DNA of 62,160 nt, counting the filler, from Vannella sp. (taxonomy: Eukaryota): the NCBI GenBank assembly GCA_023345925.1. It is 6 parts of 6 records of this genome, joined end to end, with 100 filler letters (N's around TTAATTAATTAA, not from the genome) between each part and the next. Parts side by side here need not be neighbours in the genome. Positions count along the whole stretch, not along the records: positions 1 to 27,931 come from JAJQQN010000560.1; positions 28,032 to 33,728 come from JAJQQN010000287.1; 4 more parts are not named here. One strand, written 5' to 3'. The notes under the pieces were generated by a model. The model had not been told where the DNA came from. It saw only the letters and a program-made list of their open reading frames with translations, and made no database searches. A program made the translations under genes and the position numbers. Below, in pieces: positions 22,405-33,828 of the stretch (position 1 is the stretch's first letter; each line of letters opens with the position of its first letter).

Positions 22405-24416
22405 TTATTCTGTCTGCTGGCGAGACTTGAGGGTGGCGGCGAGTTGTGCCGCCAACTCGTTGTTCTTGGGAAGGCCAGAACTGGGAATGGTTCCTGGTCC
22501 AGGGGGTTTCTTGTCTTTCTTGGCTTCCTTCTTTGGGAGCTGAGGAGATCCCAAAGCGCTTGTACTGAGACCTTTGGCAATGACCTTGGCAGTAGATTTG
22601 TCAAGTTCCTTCTTCTTTGTCTCTTCTACGGAAGCGATGGAGCCTGAGCTTGTCTTCTTCAACATTCCTGGAGAAGCAGGAGGCCCATCTCCTTCAGGCT
22701 TCTTTTGTTTCCTCCAAGAGAGCGGTGACCCTCCAACAATCGATGAGATTTGCTTTCGGGCGCCACCACGAGAGGGCGAAGCCGGAGCGTTGCCACTATT
22801 CGGTGGTGTTGAGACATCTTCACGAGAGATCATTCTGATGATAGAGGAGCGACTGCCCTGGCGAGCAGCAGAAGAGCGGCGGGAGCTAGTGGGAGACTCA
22901 GGTACTACCGTTTCAGGCTGGGTTGGCGCGTTGACGCTTTCTTCCGCCAGCCGTCGGTCTTCCAAGTACTGCTTTCGCTGAAACTCCTTGACCAGAGCCT
23001 TAATCTCACGGAGCCATTGCTGTTTGTCTGCCCCACTTGCAAAGACAATAACATACGCCTGTTTGGCATCTAACACTGCCTTAGGACGAATCTCACAAGC
23101 ATGTTCAATCTCTTCCGTGCCAGCCACATCAATGATCTTGGCCTCATTCAGGGAAAGCTGATACTTAAAGTGATCTTTCGCAGAAGCATTCCGTTTGGGC
23201 TTTGTGATGACCAGTAAGTCATTGAAAAGGTAAATGGTGCGGCCTCGAGGTTTACCCTTCTCGTAGACGGTAAAGTGGCCTTCCCGAACGAAACGGCGCG
23301 ATGGGGAGACGAGATTCAGCTCTTCTGTCGAGTCTATCTGGTTCTGGACGTCCAGGATCTTCTGTAAGTTCTCTGCCAAGCGTTTACGATCGTTCACGTA
23401 TGCTACCATCTCCTCTATCTTGCTGAGAGCCAGTCCTAGATCCTCAATGTCCTCGTGGTCGTCCAAAGTGTTCTTGAGCAAGTCCTTCGCTCCCGTTAGG
23501 AACGTGCCATAGTGTCACGAGGGGCTTACCCTTAGAAGTAAAGGGTACTTGCAGATGCGCTGGATGGGTTTGATCAGGAACGAGAAGAGAGTTAGCCCGC
23601 GACATTCGGGGTTGAGCATAGCTTTGTCTGTGAAGGCTTTGAAGCTGCTTTGCTTGCCCAAACGATCGAGCATTGTCATTGCATTAGGCTGATTGGCACA
23701 GTAGGCCGTGTAGAGCTTGAAGAAGTCCGCCTAAAGGGAGGTGAGGACGCGTTCGCTACTGTGCAGCTGCAGAGGCTTACCATCTCGAGGAATATCTTTC
23801 CAATGGGGATGGTTTCGTCATCCTCGTGAGCGATGAGCTGCTCTTGGAGGCGCTGGTTAACGTTCAAGAGAACTTGCACGTTGGAGAAGAGTGCGACTGT
23901 TTCGGTGGTTCCCAGGACTCCTTCTTCTTGCAGGGGATGCATGAATAGACGTACTACGATCTCCATGTCCTTGACGTAGTCAGACTCGGTAAAGCGGATC
24001 TCTTTGATGACGTTAATCCGATGCTTCCGCCGTGCTTCTTCTTTGCGAGCTGCTCGCTCCTCTGGTGTCTCTTGTTGTCCTCCTTCTTCATCCTCCTCTT
24101 CTTCTACTCGCTGGTTCCCGTCCGTTTCATCCTCGTCGTCACTGCCAATCGGAGAATCGAGGAGTTCGTCCTCTTGTGGCGGTAGGTTGGCGTCCTCTTC
24201 ATTGGAAATAGTGAAACTGGAAGAGGCTTCTTGAGTGGGAGGGGGAATGTCGAAGTTGAGATAGGCAGGGGGAAAGAGTCCTTCTCTTCCATCAAAGCGA
24301 ATGGTCGCCCACCCGTCCTCTTCCGTTCCAATCACCTCCACCACGCATCCCTCTTTCACGGAGAGTTCCTCCTCCGTCTCTCCTGCAAAATCAGCAATCA
24401 CCCTCGCCCACTTCAT
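22405..24416 (-). CDS. SH3-RhoGEF(DH)-PH protein, multi-exon
   Basis: SH3 (ARVIADF...ELSVKEG...DGW...GLFPPAYL), DH (VIKEIRFTESDYVKDM; FLIKPIQRICKYPLLL) and PH (RRFVREG...YLFNDLLVI). Confidence 0.9.
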
Positions 24417-24537
24417 GGAGAGGCAATCCAAGGGCAGTTGCCTCAACAATAAATGTCGCAATCCCAGAGTAATGGGGTTAATAATCCAGGGACAAATCAG
24501 TTAGTTTTTGATTTCCTGCATAAACAGAGAAACGTCC

Positions 24538-24572
24538 AACCCTAAACCCTAAACCCTAGCCATGAACCCTAG
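24538..24572. repeat. Short telomere-like (CCCTAAA) array / telo-box in a divergent promoter
   Basis: AACCCTAAACCCTAAACCCTAGCCATGAACCCTAG. Confidence 0.6.
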
Positions 24573-24610
24573 CCAATATCCCTTTTTCTGACATTCGTGT
24601 TTCGGGGCCG

Positions 24611-25536
24611 ATGTCGGAGCTGGTGACCTTGAATAGTATATTGCAGTGGCGGGAGGCATACAAAGCGCTTGAGTGGCGGCTCCCCCATCCGGTGGAATGC
24701 TGTGTGCAGGCTGGAAGGAGTTTTGATCCCATACACTTTGCTTTCTCTTCTGCGTTCCAAGTGAGTACCTGGCACCCACAACTCAACAGTTGCGAAGAGT
24801 TTCTAACAGGCGTAACGCTAGTCTGCTATCAAGACAGTCATCCAGCAAGGGGATGAGGAGAACAAGAAGCTTCGATCCTTTGTTGGACCAGACGGGGAGT
24901 GTCACCTGCTGCTCACTGAGGTATTTTGTCTGCTGATAGAGGACGAAGATCCTTATCATTGTCAAGGAGGAGTTGAAGCACAAGAGAGAGTGGAAAGTGA
25001 ATGGAAGCGTCAAAGGTGTCTTGTTTGGTGACCTTGTGGACGAGATAGTCGTTCCAGCCCTCGAAGAGAAGTCAAAAACTTTAAGTTACGTTATTATCTC
25101 GCTTCAGAATCAAGGAATCGAGCGGAGGGGACCACGAGAGTCTGCTGTGGCCCCTTTTCATGTGGTTGATGTCGAGTGCACTCAAATCCTTCTGGGAGAG
25201 GGCGATCTAGTCCCTGGAAAAGTGGAAGAAGTTTTCCATTCCTTTCAATCTGCTCGCACTTGCTTGTACCTGGCAGTTATTGTGGGAAGATTGCAACAAG
25301 AGACAGGGTCAACTCCTTACCCTGCCGAGCTCCTGCAGTGGGAAGAGCGAATCTACAACCTCAGTGAAGTAATACGACCCCTCTCTTATCACAAGGCACT
25401 CACTCCATTCTCCAGACCGATCCCGATTCCCTCCAACAGATTCTTGTGCCTCTTCAAAACGCCATTCTCGCCCGAGCCAAAGAATCCCCTGCTCTTCACC
25501 CATTTATATCTCTACTCGAAACAAGCAATTCCTTGA
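24611..25536 (+). CDS. Hypothetical protein (exon structure uncertain)
   Basis: An ATG follows the AT-rich promoter, with a GTGAGT donor at about 24761 and a 187-codon ORF at 24973-25536. No recognised motif. Confidence 0.35.
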
Positions 25537-25632
25537 TCCCCTCAAAACTCTAACTTCCTACTCGCGAGCGGCTGGAGGACACGTGGCAATACACCATTGG
25601 TTCACTCGTCATTCTCTCCTTCTCTGCTGCAG

Positions 25633-27584
25633 ATGACTGCAGTGGAGTCGCTGGGATCTTTTGTGCGGGATATGGACATGGTAGATGAGTCATCACACAC
25701 AGATACGTGGAGCGAACCAACAACGGAAGCGCTCAGTTTGTGCGAAGATGGGGCTCCTGCTGAGGCTCTGTTGATCGTCCGCAGTACGTCCGTTTGCTGG
25801 TCACTGGATAGAACTGACTACTTTGTATTCTAGTTGAGTCTGCAGAGGGCTTGCCTGCGATGGACATGATGCACCAACAGGCAGACTCTTACTGTGTCCT
25901 CAAGTTTGGGACCCGCGTGCTGCGTACCTCGATCAAGAGGCTCACAAGAAAGCCCCGATGGGAAGAGGAGTTTCGTCTGTTGGTGACAAACACAGAGCTG
26001 AACTACGACTTGGTGATTGAAGTGTGGGATTGGGACTTGATCAGCAACAACTTGATAGGGACTGTTGTCCTCGACATCTCTCCCCTTCGAAGCCTTCCAT
26101 CATCTCCTTTGCGACAGTTTGACTTGCCAATCAAGCGTGCCCAACCGCTCATTAAGCGAATCACCGTAAGACCTCTCTTCGATCGCCTGTATCTCGTCAT
26201 TGCTCATGATCCAGGCAGTATCAGAAGACGGGAGGTATACTGCACATGAGCGCTGCTATAGTATCCAGTTCAGAGGCTGAGCAACTCTTCTGGGACAAGT
26301 TCCTCGATACCGGGCCCATCTTTGAAGGGCTCCCAGTGGAGAGCTCCAGTTCATTGCCTAGTACCCCTGAAGTACCAAGACTCAAGAGTTCTCATGACTC
26401 TGGAAGCCCAACAGGCACCAAGCTACCCCAGGATCTTGATGGGATGATGGAAGGGGAAGGGGACTTGGAGGTTGGACAGAGCTTCGTACCTGATCCTCTC
26501 GCTATCTGGCAGGTCTATCTCTCAGAGAAACGAGGCGATGATCTCGGCACTATGATCAAACAGAACCAGGGCAACATCATCTCTCAGTTCGAAGAGGACA
26601 AAGCCAAAAGAGACCAGATCATCATCTACGTACGGCAAACAGGGAAGCTGGAAGAAGAAAAGGTCCAGCCTGCTGTCAAACGCATCTTAAAACTCCTCTA
26701 TGCCAACCGAACGGGACGCGCTGTGACAATGAATAGGACACTAAGACAGTTCTTGAACAGAATAACTATCCGAAAGGGTGTAGAGTACGAAGATGCGTAT
26801 TCTGTGCGGTACATCAAACCCTTTATTGACAACTTTAACATTGACATGTCCCAATTCGTGGTCCCGGAGGAAGGGTGGAAGAACTTTAATGATTTCTTCT
26901 TCCGCCAACTTCAACCTGACGCTCGCCCTATCTACGAACGGGACGATTTAATGTTCGCTACTAGTCCTGCTGACTGCCGCATGTTGGTCTATCCAACCAT
27001 CTCTCGGGCGACGGACTTGTGGATCAAAGGGGACAACTTCAATCTGACATCACTTCTCGATTCCGAGGAACTTGCGGGCCATTATGAAGGTGGCTCTTTG
27101 GTCATTGCTCGATTAGCTCCTCAGGACTATCACCGCTTCCATTCACCTGTGAAAGGAACTATTGGTAAGTTCCATGAGGTGCCTGGGTTCTACTATACGG
27201 TCAATCCCATTGCTGTCAATCACCCTATTGATGTCTTTACGACGAATCGGCGCATCTACACGTGTATACACTCTCCACAGTTTGGTATGGTGTGTTACAT
27301 AGCAATTGGAGCAACCATGGTAGGAAGTATTGTGTTTGGCAAGAAGAAAGGCGACAAAGTCTGGAAGGGAGACGAACTCGGATACTTTGCCTTTGGCGGC
27401 AGCACAGTCCTCCTTCTCTTTGAAAAGGGAGAGATTGAGTAAGTCACCTCCCCTACAAACCTCTAATCCACTCACACGCGACAGATTTGACCCGGATTTG
27501 GTCTCCAACAGCGAACAGCCCCTCGAGACCCTCATCCGGATGGGAGACCGTTTGGGGGTTCAAAAGAATTTGGTTTCCAATTAA
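25633..27584 (+). CDS. PSD2: C2-domain phosphatidylserine decarboxylase (PSD2 type)
   Basis: C2 domain (LPAMD...DSYCVL...PRWEEEF...VWDWD), FNDFFFRQL, SPADCR, RLAPQDYHRFHSP and the self-cleavage motif FGGST. Confidence 0.92.
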
Positions 27585-27637
27585 ATTGGCTCACATTCAA
27601 TTGATTGCCATTTTCTTCATCTTTTGGTGTCCTGTTG

Positions 27638-27931
27638 ATGGCGGAAGGCGGGCGGGTCGCTCTTGTGCTTGTTGACGTGCAGCCGAGCTTTCTAAAGGTG
27701 GTTGAAGGGGCGTTCCCGGAGTTTTCTCAGGTAATGACTCTGTTGGTGGGATGGCCAAGTGGCTCACTGTGGAGAAGCGGGTGGAGGAACTCCTTTCTTT
27801 TGCTCGTTCGCGGAACTTGATGGTCATTCATGTTCGAGCAGACTACAGTCCAGAGAAGAGTCCTTGGTTCCCTCGTTGGGATGAGATGAACCGTCTATCA
27901 GGCAAAGGAACAATGGGTGTTGTCTCCCCTG
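27638..27931 (+). CDS. Isochorismatase-family cysteine hydrolase, 5' part (truncated by contig end)
   Basis: RVALVLVDVQPSF...LLSFARSRNLMVIHVR. Confidence 0.7.
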
Positions 27932-28031
27932 NNNNNNNNNNNNNNNNNNNNNNNNNNNNNNNNNNNNNNNNNNNNTTAATTAATTAANNNNNNNNNNNNN
28001 NNNNNNNNNNNNNNNNNNNNNNNNNNNNNNN
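27932..28031. other. Artificial contig linker (N44-TTAATTAATTAA-N44)
   Basis: 100-bp N spacer with a six-frame stop cassette. Confidence 0.97.
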
Positions 28032-28113
28032 GGTAGGATGGCTCCGACAGTGTTACAGAACGTGCGTTATGTATTGAGCGTGATAATCGGAGGGAGGTGG
28101 AAGGTGGGGTGAT

Positions 28114-28707
28114 CTACTGGACGATCTTCTCGCGAAGAGCGGGAGAGATGGCTTGATCCTCAGCCCTTTGGATGATATCGTTGGCCTCAGTGAACTTTCC
28201 AGCCTGAATAGCTCCATAAAGGAGTGTGGAGTAGCCAGTGAAAGGCAGTTGTTCACCGTTGCTTTGGCTCAGTTGGAAGATCTTGTAAGCGCGGTCGAAG
28301 TCACCAAACTGAACCAGACCATCAATGTAAGCCTCCGTAATAGCAGGAGTAATGCTTGACTTGAGTGCAGCGCGGACTACAATGTTGTTCGCAACGGAGA
28401 TGCTGCCTCGGGAGGCGAAGAAGAACAACAGAACCTCGTAGGGGATGGACTTAGGCACCTGTCCCCTTTCCTCTGCGCGTGCAAGCTCCTCATCGTACTG
28501 GTCCAGCATAAGTTCATCCTCCAGAATGATTTCTCCCTTCGCACCAAGCTTCTTTGCCTCAGTGACGGTAAGAGGCTTGCAGAGCTTCTCATTAGCAGAG
28601 AGGATGTGTTTCTTCACCTCCTCCGACACAAAGCGTTGTTGGGACACCACTGGGGCAAAGCAACGAGATGAGACAACAACACCAGAGCGCGCAACACGGC
28701 CCAACAT
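28114..28707 (-). CDS. Probable mitochondrial protein with PPR-like helical repeats
   Basis: Arg/Ser-rich presequence MLGRVARSGVVVSSRCF, and PPR-like AYIDGLVQFGDFDRAYKIF and YSTLLYGAIQAGKFTEANDII. Confidence 0.55.
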   Translation of the reverse strand: MLGRVARSGVVVSSRCFAPVVSQQRFVSEEVKKHILSANEKLCKPLTVTEAKKLGAKGEIILEDELMLDQYDEELARAEERGQVPKSIPYEVLLFFFASRGSISVANNIVVRAALKSSITPAITEAYIDGLVQFGDFDRAYKIFQLSQSNGEQLPFTGYSTLLYGAIQAGKFTEANDIIQRAEDQAISPALREKIVQ

Positions 28708-28811
28708 CGAAGAGAACCAAAAAGTGGCCCTTTCAATACCCAAGCCTAATTTAATGAATTTTATCTGATTTTTAAAGGTCCTCACTTCCCCCCTCCTCTG
28801 CCTGGCCTGCC

Positions 28812-31217
28812 ATGACGGAGACGGGCCTTGATGACGATACCAGGCGTGTTCTGTTGCGGCTGCCTCGAGGAGAGCCTCTTCTTGAACTGATATCGCAACC
28901 CCTGTCGGCAAAGGCGAAGTTTGGGAGGTGTTCGGTGGCTGATGACAGACGGGTTGTGTATTTGCCCACTCCTTCGAAGATACGCGTCACCGATAACGCC
29001 TTTCAGAGCCATGTTATAAGACCTACTTTTGGTACTTCTGTCTCGGCTCTCTGCCTTCGCCCACGAAGCAACGACCTTGCTTTCTGCAGCAGCTTGGGTG
29101 ATTTGGAGTTTTGTGATGTGGCGGTGGCTAAGGCAGTCCCCATTACTCTGCGGCATCACGATGGCATCTCTTTCTACGCACTTCAATGGCATCCTGAAGG
29201 GGACATCCTCGCTGCAGCAGGGAGTGACTCGGCGATCTATTTCTGGAGCTTTTCGGACCTTCTCTCGCGGAGTGGGCCTTTAGGAGCTGTAGAAGCAGCC
29301 ACACATCGTATCCCAGCGCTTCGTGAGGTCGTTGATCTGTGCTTTGATGAGGAAGGGACCCTCTTCGTCCTGGATGCTTCTGGAGGCCTCTACCGAGTGC
29401 TTCCTTCCACTGGGCTAGAGGAGATTACGATCGAAGGAGACAACGTCAATGAGGAGCCGTTCTCCTTATATTACAGGAACGGCTGCGCGGTGATCGGCTA
29501 CGAAGATAACTCGATTCTTCGCGTCTTTGCCGGTAGCAGTGAGGATCTGATGGATCTGGTGCAAGTGATTGAGTTAGAAAGACAAGGTGAAGATGAAGAG
29601 GACGCCTTCGAGGTCCATCTCCTTCCAGGGCCTGGCAGCGCTCTTCTGACCATCTCCCACCCCAATCACCCAATTCTCCGAGTCCTTCTCTTGCAAGGGG
29701 GCCAATTCACGCACCACGAAACGTTCACAACGAACTCTCCTCTACTCAAACACGCTTGCTATTGGGATACCGAAGAGGGAGTCGATCAAGTTCGCCTTCT
29801 CTGTTGTCTGCAAGAGGAGAGTCGCTGCCTCCTGAGTTTACAACAGTTGGATAACCCAGTTCTCTTTCTGAGCAGGTGTAATGCACTGCCACTCGTGCAA
29901 CAGAAGCCCCGCAAAAGCATACCCAGGACATTGAAGAGTCCCAAGCCTGTTGCAAAGACGAAGAGGGAAGAGACTGTTATCCAACCTCACTTCACGTTTG
30001 AAGAGCCTACAAGCCCTGCCTCTACATTCATTGATCCTGCATTTGCTCCTCTACCTCTGCTTATGCCTCTTCCTGTTCCGGTGTCTATGTCTGAGCCTGT
30101 GGAGCGGGCAGAGTCACCTTTCGAAGATATCGACCGAGATCTAAGCACCACCGAACCGTTCCTCCGAGAAGCTGAGCTAGTAGGAGAGGTATCGCCAATC
30201 CTGAGGCCAGGCACAGTAAATTACGACGAAGAGGTGGGCCCATCAAAGGAGAGCAAGGACAAAGTGAAACAGCTCATCCAGTCCCGGATGGACAAGCTAT
30301 TCGCCTTACTCAAAGCTGAGCAAATAGCGAGAGAAAAGAGCATGCGCGATCAGATTCTTCAAAGCATCAACGTGTACTTCCAAGAGACAGTGCAGAAATT
30401 CGATGAGCAGCTGTCAGATACTTTAGACCAAGTTGCAAAGCAGATGGTGGTCTCCATTTCCAACGAGTTGAAGAGGGACTCCGTGACTTTGACCTTGCGC
30501 AATGAGCTCGCCGACTATTTCACTACCGTAATGGGTCCTGCTGTGGAAAGGTCCTTCCAAACAATGTTCCAACAGATCAACAGTACCTTTGAGCAAGGTG
30601 TAGCAATGCATTTTGAAATGCTCCACCGCCAGTCAAACGCCTTGGAAATGTCAGATGCTGTCAAAGCACTGAGCAATGTGTGTGACAATATCGTTCACCA
30701 AGTATCCGATGTTCCAGGACACAATCGTGAGCCTTGCTCCGAAGATTCCATCAGTGATGGGGAAGAAGAAGATCCTGATACTCTTCAGCGGGAGTATGTC
30801 CAACAACTGATAGACGAAAGGCAATTCTCTAAGGCTCTTGAGGCTGCCAAAGGAGAATCAGGACCAGACATTCTCATGGCAACGGTTTCTCAGTTCGAGC
30901 ACACTTCTGGTTGGGATCGCCAGGTCGGCTCTGATGTGATAATTTCAAGTGTATCCCATTTGATCAGCGATCTATCCGTTGATCCATCCGAACAGATCCG
31001 CCTGGCTCATTACCTTTTACATTTCTTCGAGCTAGAGAGGGACCCAACGATGAAGGCGCGTGCCGCTCAGATTATCAGTAGTATTACCTACTTTGTCGAG
31101 GATCAAAGATTCCGAGTTGCAAGCATTCCGCAGCTCGAAAAGCGACTCTGTTCAATCATTCAAATTGTTCAAAGCAAATTTGGGCTTTCAAAGCGAGGAA
31201 GACGGCCATTAGCTTGA
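28812..31217 (+). CDS. EDC4: Enhancer of mRNA decapping 4 (EDC4/Ge-1/VARICOSE)-like
   Basis: N-terminal WD40 region and a C-terminal helical region containing PAVERSFQTMFQQINSTFEQG, the EDC4/VCS hallmark. Confidence 0.75.
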   Translation: MTETGLDDDTRRVLLRLPRGEPLLELISQPLSAKAKFGRCSVADDRRVVYLPTPSKIRVTDNAFQSHVIRPTFGTSVSALCLRPRSNDLAFCSSLGDLEFCDVAVAKAVPITLRHHDGISFYALQWHPEGDILAAAGSDSAIYFWSFSDLLSRSGPLGAVEAATHRIPALREVVDLCFDEEGTLFVLDASGGLYRVLPSTGLEEITIEGDNVNEEPFSLYYRNGCAVIGYEDNSILRVFAGSSEDLMDLVQVIELERQGEDEEDAFEVHLLPGPGSALLTISHPNHPILRVLLLQGGQFTHHETFTTNSPLLKHACYWDTEEGVDQVRLLCCLQEESRCLLSLQQLDNPVLFLSRCNALPLVQQKPRKSIPRTLKSPKPVAKTKREETVIQPHFTFEEPTSPASTFIDPAFAPLPLLMPLPVPVSMSEPVERAESPFEDIDRDLSTTEPFLREAELVGEVSPILRPGTVNYDEEVGPSKESKDKVKQLIQSRMDKLFALLKAEQIAREKSMRDQILQSINVYFQETVQKFDEQLSDTLDQVAKQMVVSISNELKRDSVTLTLRNELADYFTTVMGPAVERSFQTMFQQINSTFEQGVAMHFEMLHRQSNALEMSDAVKALSNVCDNIVHQVSDVPGHNREPCSEDSISDGEEEDPDTLQREYVQQLIDERQFSKALEAAKGESGPDILMATVSQFEHTSGWDRQVGSDVIISSVSHLISDLSVDPSEQIRLAHYLLHFFELERDPTMKARAAQIISSITYFVEDQRFRVASIPQLEKRLCSIIQIVQSKFGLSKRGRRPLA

Positions 31218-31272
31218 TGCAACCGGACCAAGAAGGTGTTACATACATTGAATTGATTGCTTTCTTTGATAT

Positions 31273-33155
31273 TCAGGGGAGCGTTGGGTCTATATACAGA
31301 TGTATTATTGGGGTTTGAATGTCAAGAATGCCAGAGAAACGATTAAAGAGCAAAGAGCGATTCTTCAAGGTCGCGATGTTGTTGCAGAGCTTGTTTGGTT
31401 TGATACTCAAGGAACTTTCTTCTGGCGAAGTCGACAACTTCAAGCTTCCTCGTTTCTTCGTACTTTTTGCCTGTGAGAAGAGAAAAGTCAGTTTCAGGAC
31501 CTTCAAGAGAACGCTTGGCTTACTAAACTGCTTCTCGAGGTTAGCAAGTTTAAGTTGAACGTCTTCCAGTTGCTCTTGTAGTTCTGGTGGAATGGGATTG
31601 CTAAGATCCTCCACAGTTTTGGTCAAGACCCGAATCTTCTCCTGGATTTGGCGAGGAATGTTATCCCCAACCGTGTTATCATCTCGAATCTTCCTCGAAA
31701 GCTGTGCAATTTGAGTCTTCACTTGTTCGAAAGGATCTTTTGCGGTCAGCGGAGTTGACTCGAGATTCTCAATGTAGGGCTCGATAAAATCGCGGAGGTA
31801 TTGAATCCGGGTCAACGCGTTCTCAAGAGCCTGGGGAACAGGAGGACTTGATAGGATTTTTTCCTCGAGGAGTTTGACTTGGGCTAGAAGACTGAGGAGC
31901 GTTTTCGCGGCTTCTGCGACTTGCCATTTGTAGGAGAATTGGATAGCTTTGACAACTAATCTATCCACTTGCTCCTCCCACTCAGCAACCTGATGGGCCA
32001 CCTCGTTGATCGCTTGGGCGATTTGCTGTTCTCTGAGAGCGGCCTCTTCAGCCATCCGTTCTTGTTTGAGAGCAGCAAGCCGCAGTAACCTATCTTGTTC
32101 CATTGCTATGGACTCCTCGGAAACAGAGGTATCTTCCTTTTGAATGCCAGTAGAAATGGATTGGATTAACACCCGCCTTGAAGGTTTCTTCAAAGAGACC
32201 GGCTCCGGGACATATGGTTTTGGGGCATTCCGAGCATCTTCTTCTGCTTTGTGAATGCACCCTTTTGCAGAAAGATCCTCTGCCAAGGCTAATCCAGAAG
32301 AAAGGATGTCACGGCAACGTGAGAAGTAAGATTCAGAAGGGTTCTGACTTACGAGCTCATTCAGGAGCTCAATTTGAGTTGCAATGTTAGCTACAGCCAT
32401 TTCTAAAGCCTCTGCATTTTTGGAGAAGAAGATATGACACTCTTCTTCCTCTTTGGGGTCGGAAAAGGCTGGTACATTCTGCAGGAAGCGCAAACTGATG
32501 TTGCTCGCTTGGATTATTGGCATAATGAGCACCTCCTTTCCCGTAGAAGTGACAAAGGACGCCTCAAGTCTTCCAGGTAAGTCAGGAAGAGTCTGTAAGT
32601 CCAATGTTGGCGGGAGCGTCTCGGTGAGAGCGGTTTTGGCCTCGTTTGAAGGTGAAATCCTCTCCTGCGTCTCGCGTTAGCTCCCCTCTTGCATATGCGC
32701 TCTTCCTTACGCATTGTAAGAACCAGCGCATCTCAGTTGAGTAATAAAGGGACGGGGTGGACACACAACCGCGAAGAAACCGCTCAAGGCTCTGTCGGCG
32801 GCGTTCGATAAACTCTGGTTGAAGGGAGATCCCCGAGAACATGCTTCCCACCAAGTGCTCCAAGACAGGTCCCCCCTTTGGACGGAGTAGCTTCTCCAAC
32901 TTCCCCAAGTATCAGAAAGAAGCTCTGGGAGAAGCCGTTTCAGAGCCGCCTCACCGCTTTGAACATGGAGAAGCGGCGTTCCATCAGTCCCACGCCTCCT
33001 TCATCCTCAATCCTCACTGTGTACACCTTACAGACCCGCCTCGTCAGTTCCACACTAATCCCTGCCTCCAACTCCGTTCTCACCACGAACGCATGAGGAA
33101 ACCGAACCAATTTAGCTTCCGGAATAGAGACCCGAGGGCGGGTGACCTTGAACAT
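31273..33155 (-). CDS. PX-domain protein with coiled-coil C-terminus, multi-exon
   Basis: VYTVRI...ERRFSMFKA|LEKLL...PEFIERRRQSLERFL...EMRWFL, with intron 32900-32954. Confidence 0.75.
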
Positions 33156-33296
33156 TGACCAGCAAACAAAAGAATGGGCAAACGGCACACAACCCGACCA
33201 ACCCTTTTGCGAATTCGAGGAAAAGGGAAGAGGAATTTTCTTAGGACCAAAACGAGTTTTTATTTCCTTGAAGGTGAATTCACGTGGATTGGCTGG

Positions 33297-33728
33297 CTAG
33301 CGCTTGTAGAGTTTGATGTAGCTGGGCCCGATGTATCCGACTTCTTTCTCTTTGAGAGCTCGCAGTGCTTCGGAAGAGGAGCTGAAGAGAAGAGTGGCTT
33401 CGAAGACGGTTCGCTCGACGTTGGAGGCCACTTGGATGGAGTTGGGGATGAAGTTGTAGCCCTGGAAGTAGCGTTGGATGTCTGCAACGGTTACCCCAGC
33501 TGTCAGCCCTCGAATAACGAGGGTGCAATCTTCAGAGCTTGGCATCGCAGCGCTATAACTGGGATACGCTGAGGCAGACGCACTTGGCGCTCCATAGGCA
33601 GCTGCTGGAGCAGCTGCACGCCCGTATGGGTCAGCAGACCCACTCATGTAGTTCGGTTGGTTTGCTGCCTCTAAGTAGGCGCGCATGTGAGGGTCCATCG
33701 CACTACTGGCTGCCATCATTGCCCGAGG
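33297..33728 (-). CDS. RRM protein (qRRM, hnRNP F/H or RBM12-like), 3' part
   Basis: TLVIRGLTAGVTVADIQRYFQGY...EATLLFSSSSEALRALKEK...IGPSYIKL. Confidence 0.7.
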   Translation of the reverse strand, partial: PRAMMAASSAMDPHMRAYLEAANQPNYMSGSADPYGRAAAPAAAYGAPSASASAYPSYSAAMPSSEDCTLVIRGLTAGVTVADIQRYFQGYNFIPNSIQVASNVERTVFEATLLFSSSSEALRALKEKEVGYIGPSYIKLYKR

Positions 33729-33828
33729 NNNNNNNNNNNNNNNNNNNNNNNNNNNNNNNNNNNNNNNNNNNNTTAATTAATTAANNNNNNNNNNNNNNNN
33801 NNNNNNNNNNNNNNNNNNNNNNNNNNNN
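33729..33828. other. Artificial contig linker
   Basis: N-run with TTAATTAATTAA. Confidence 0.97.
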
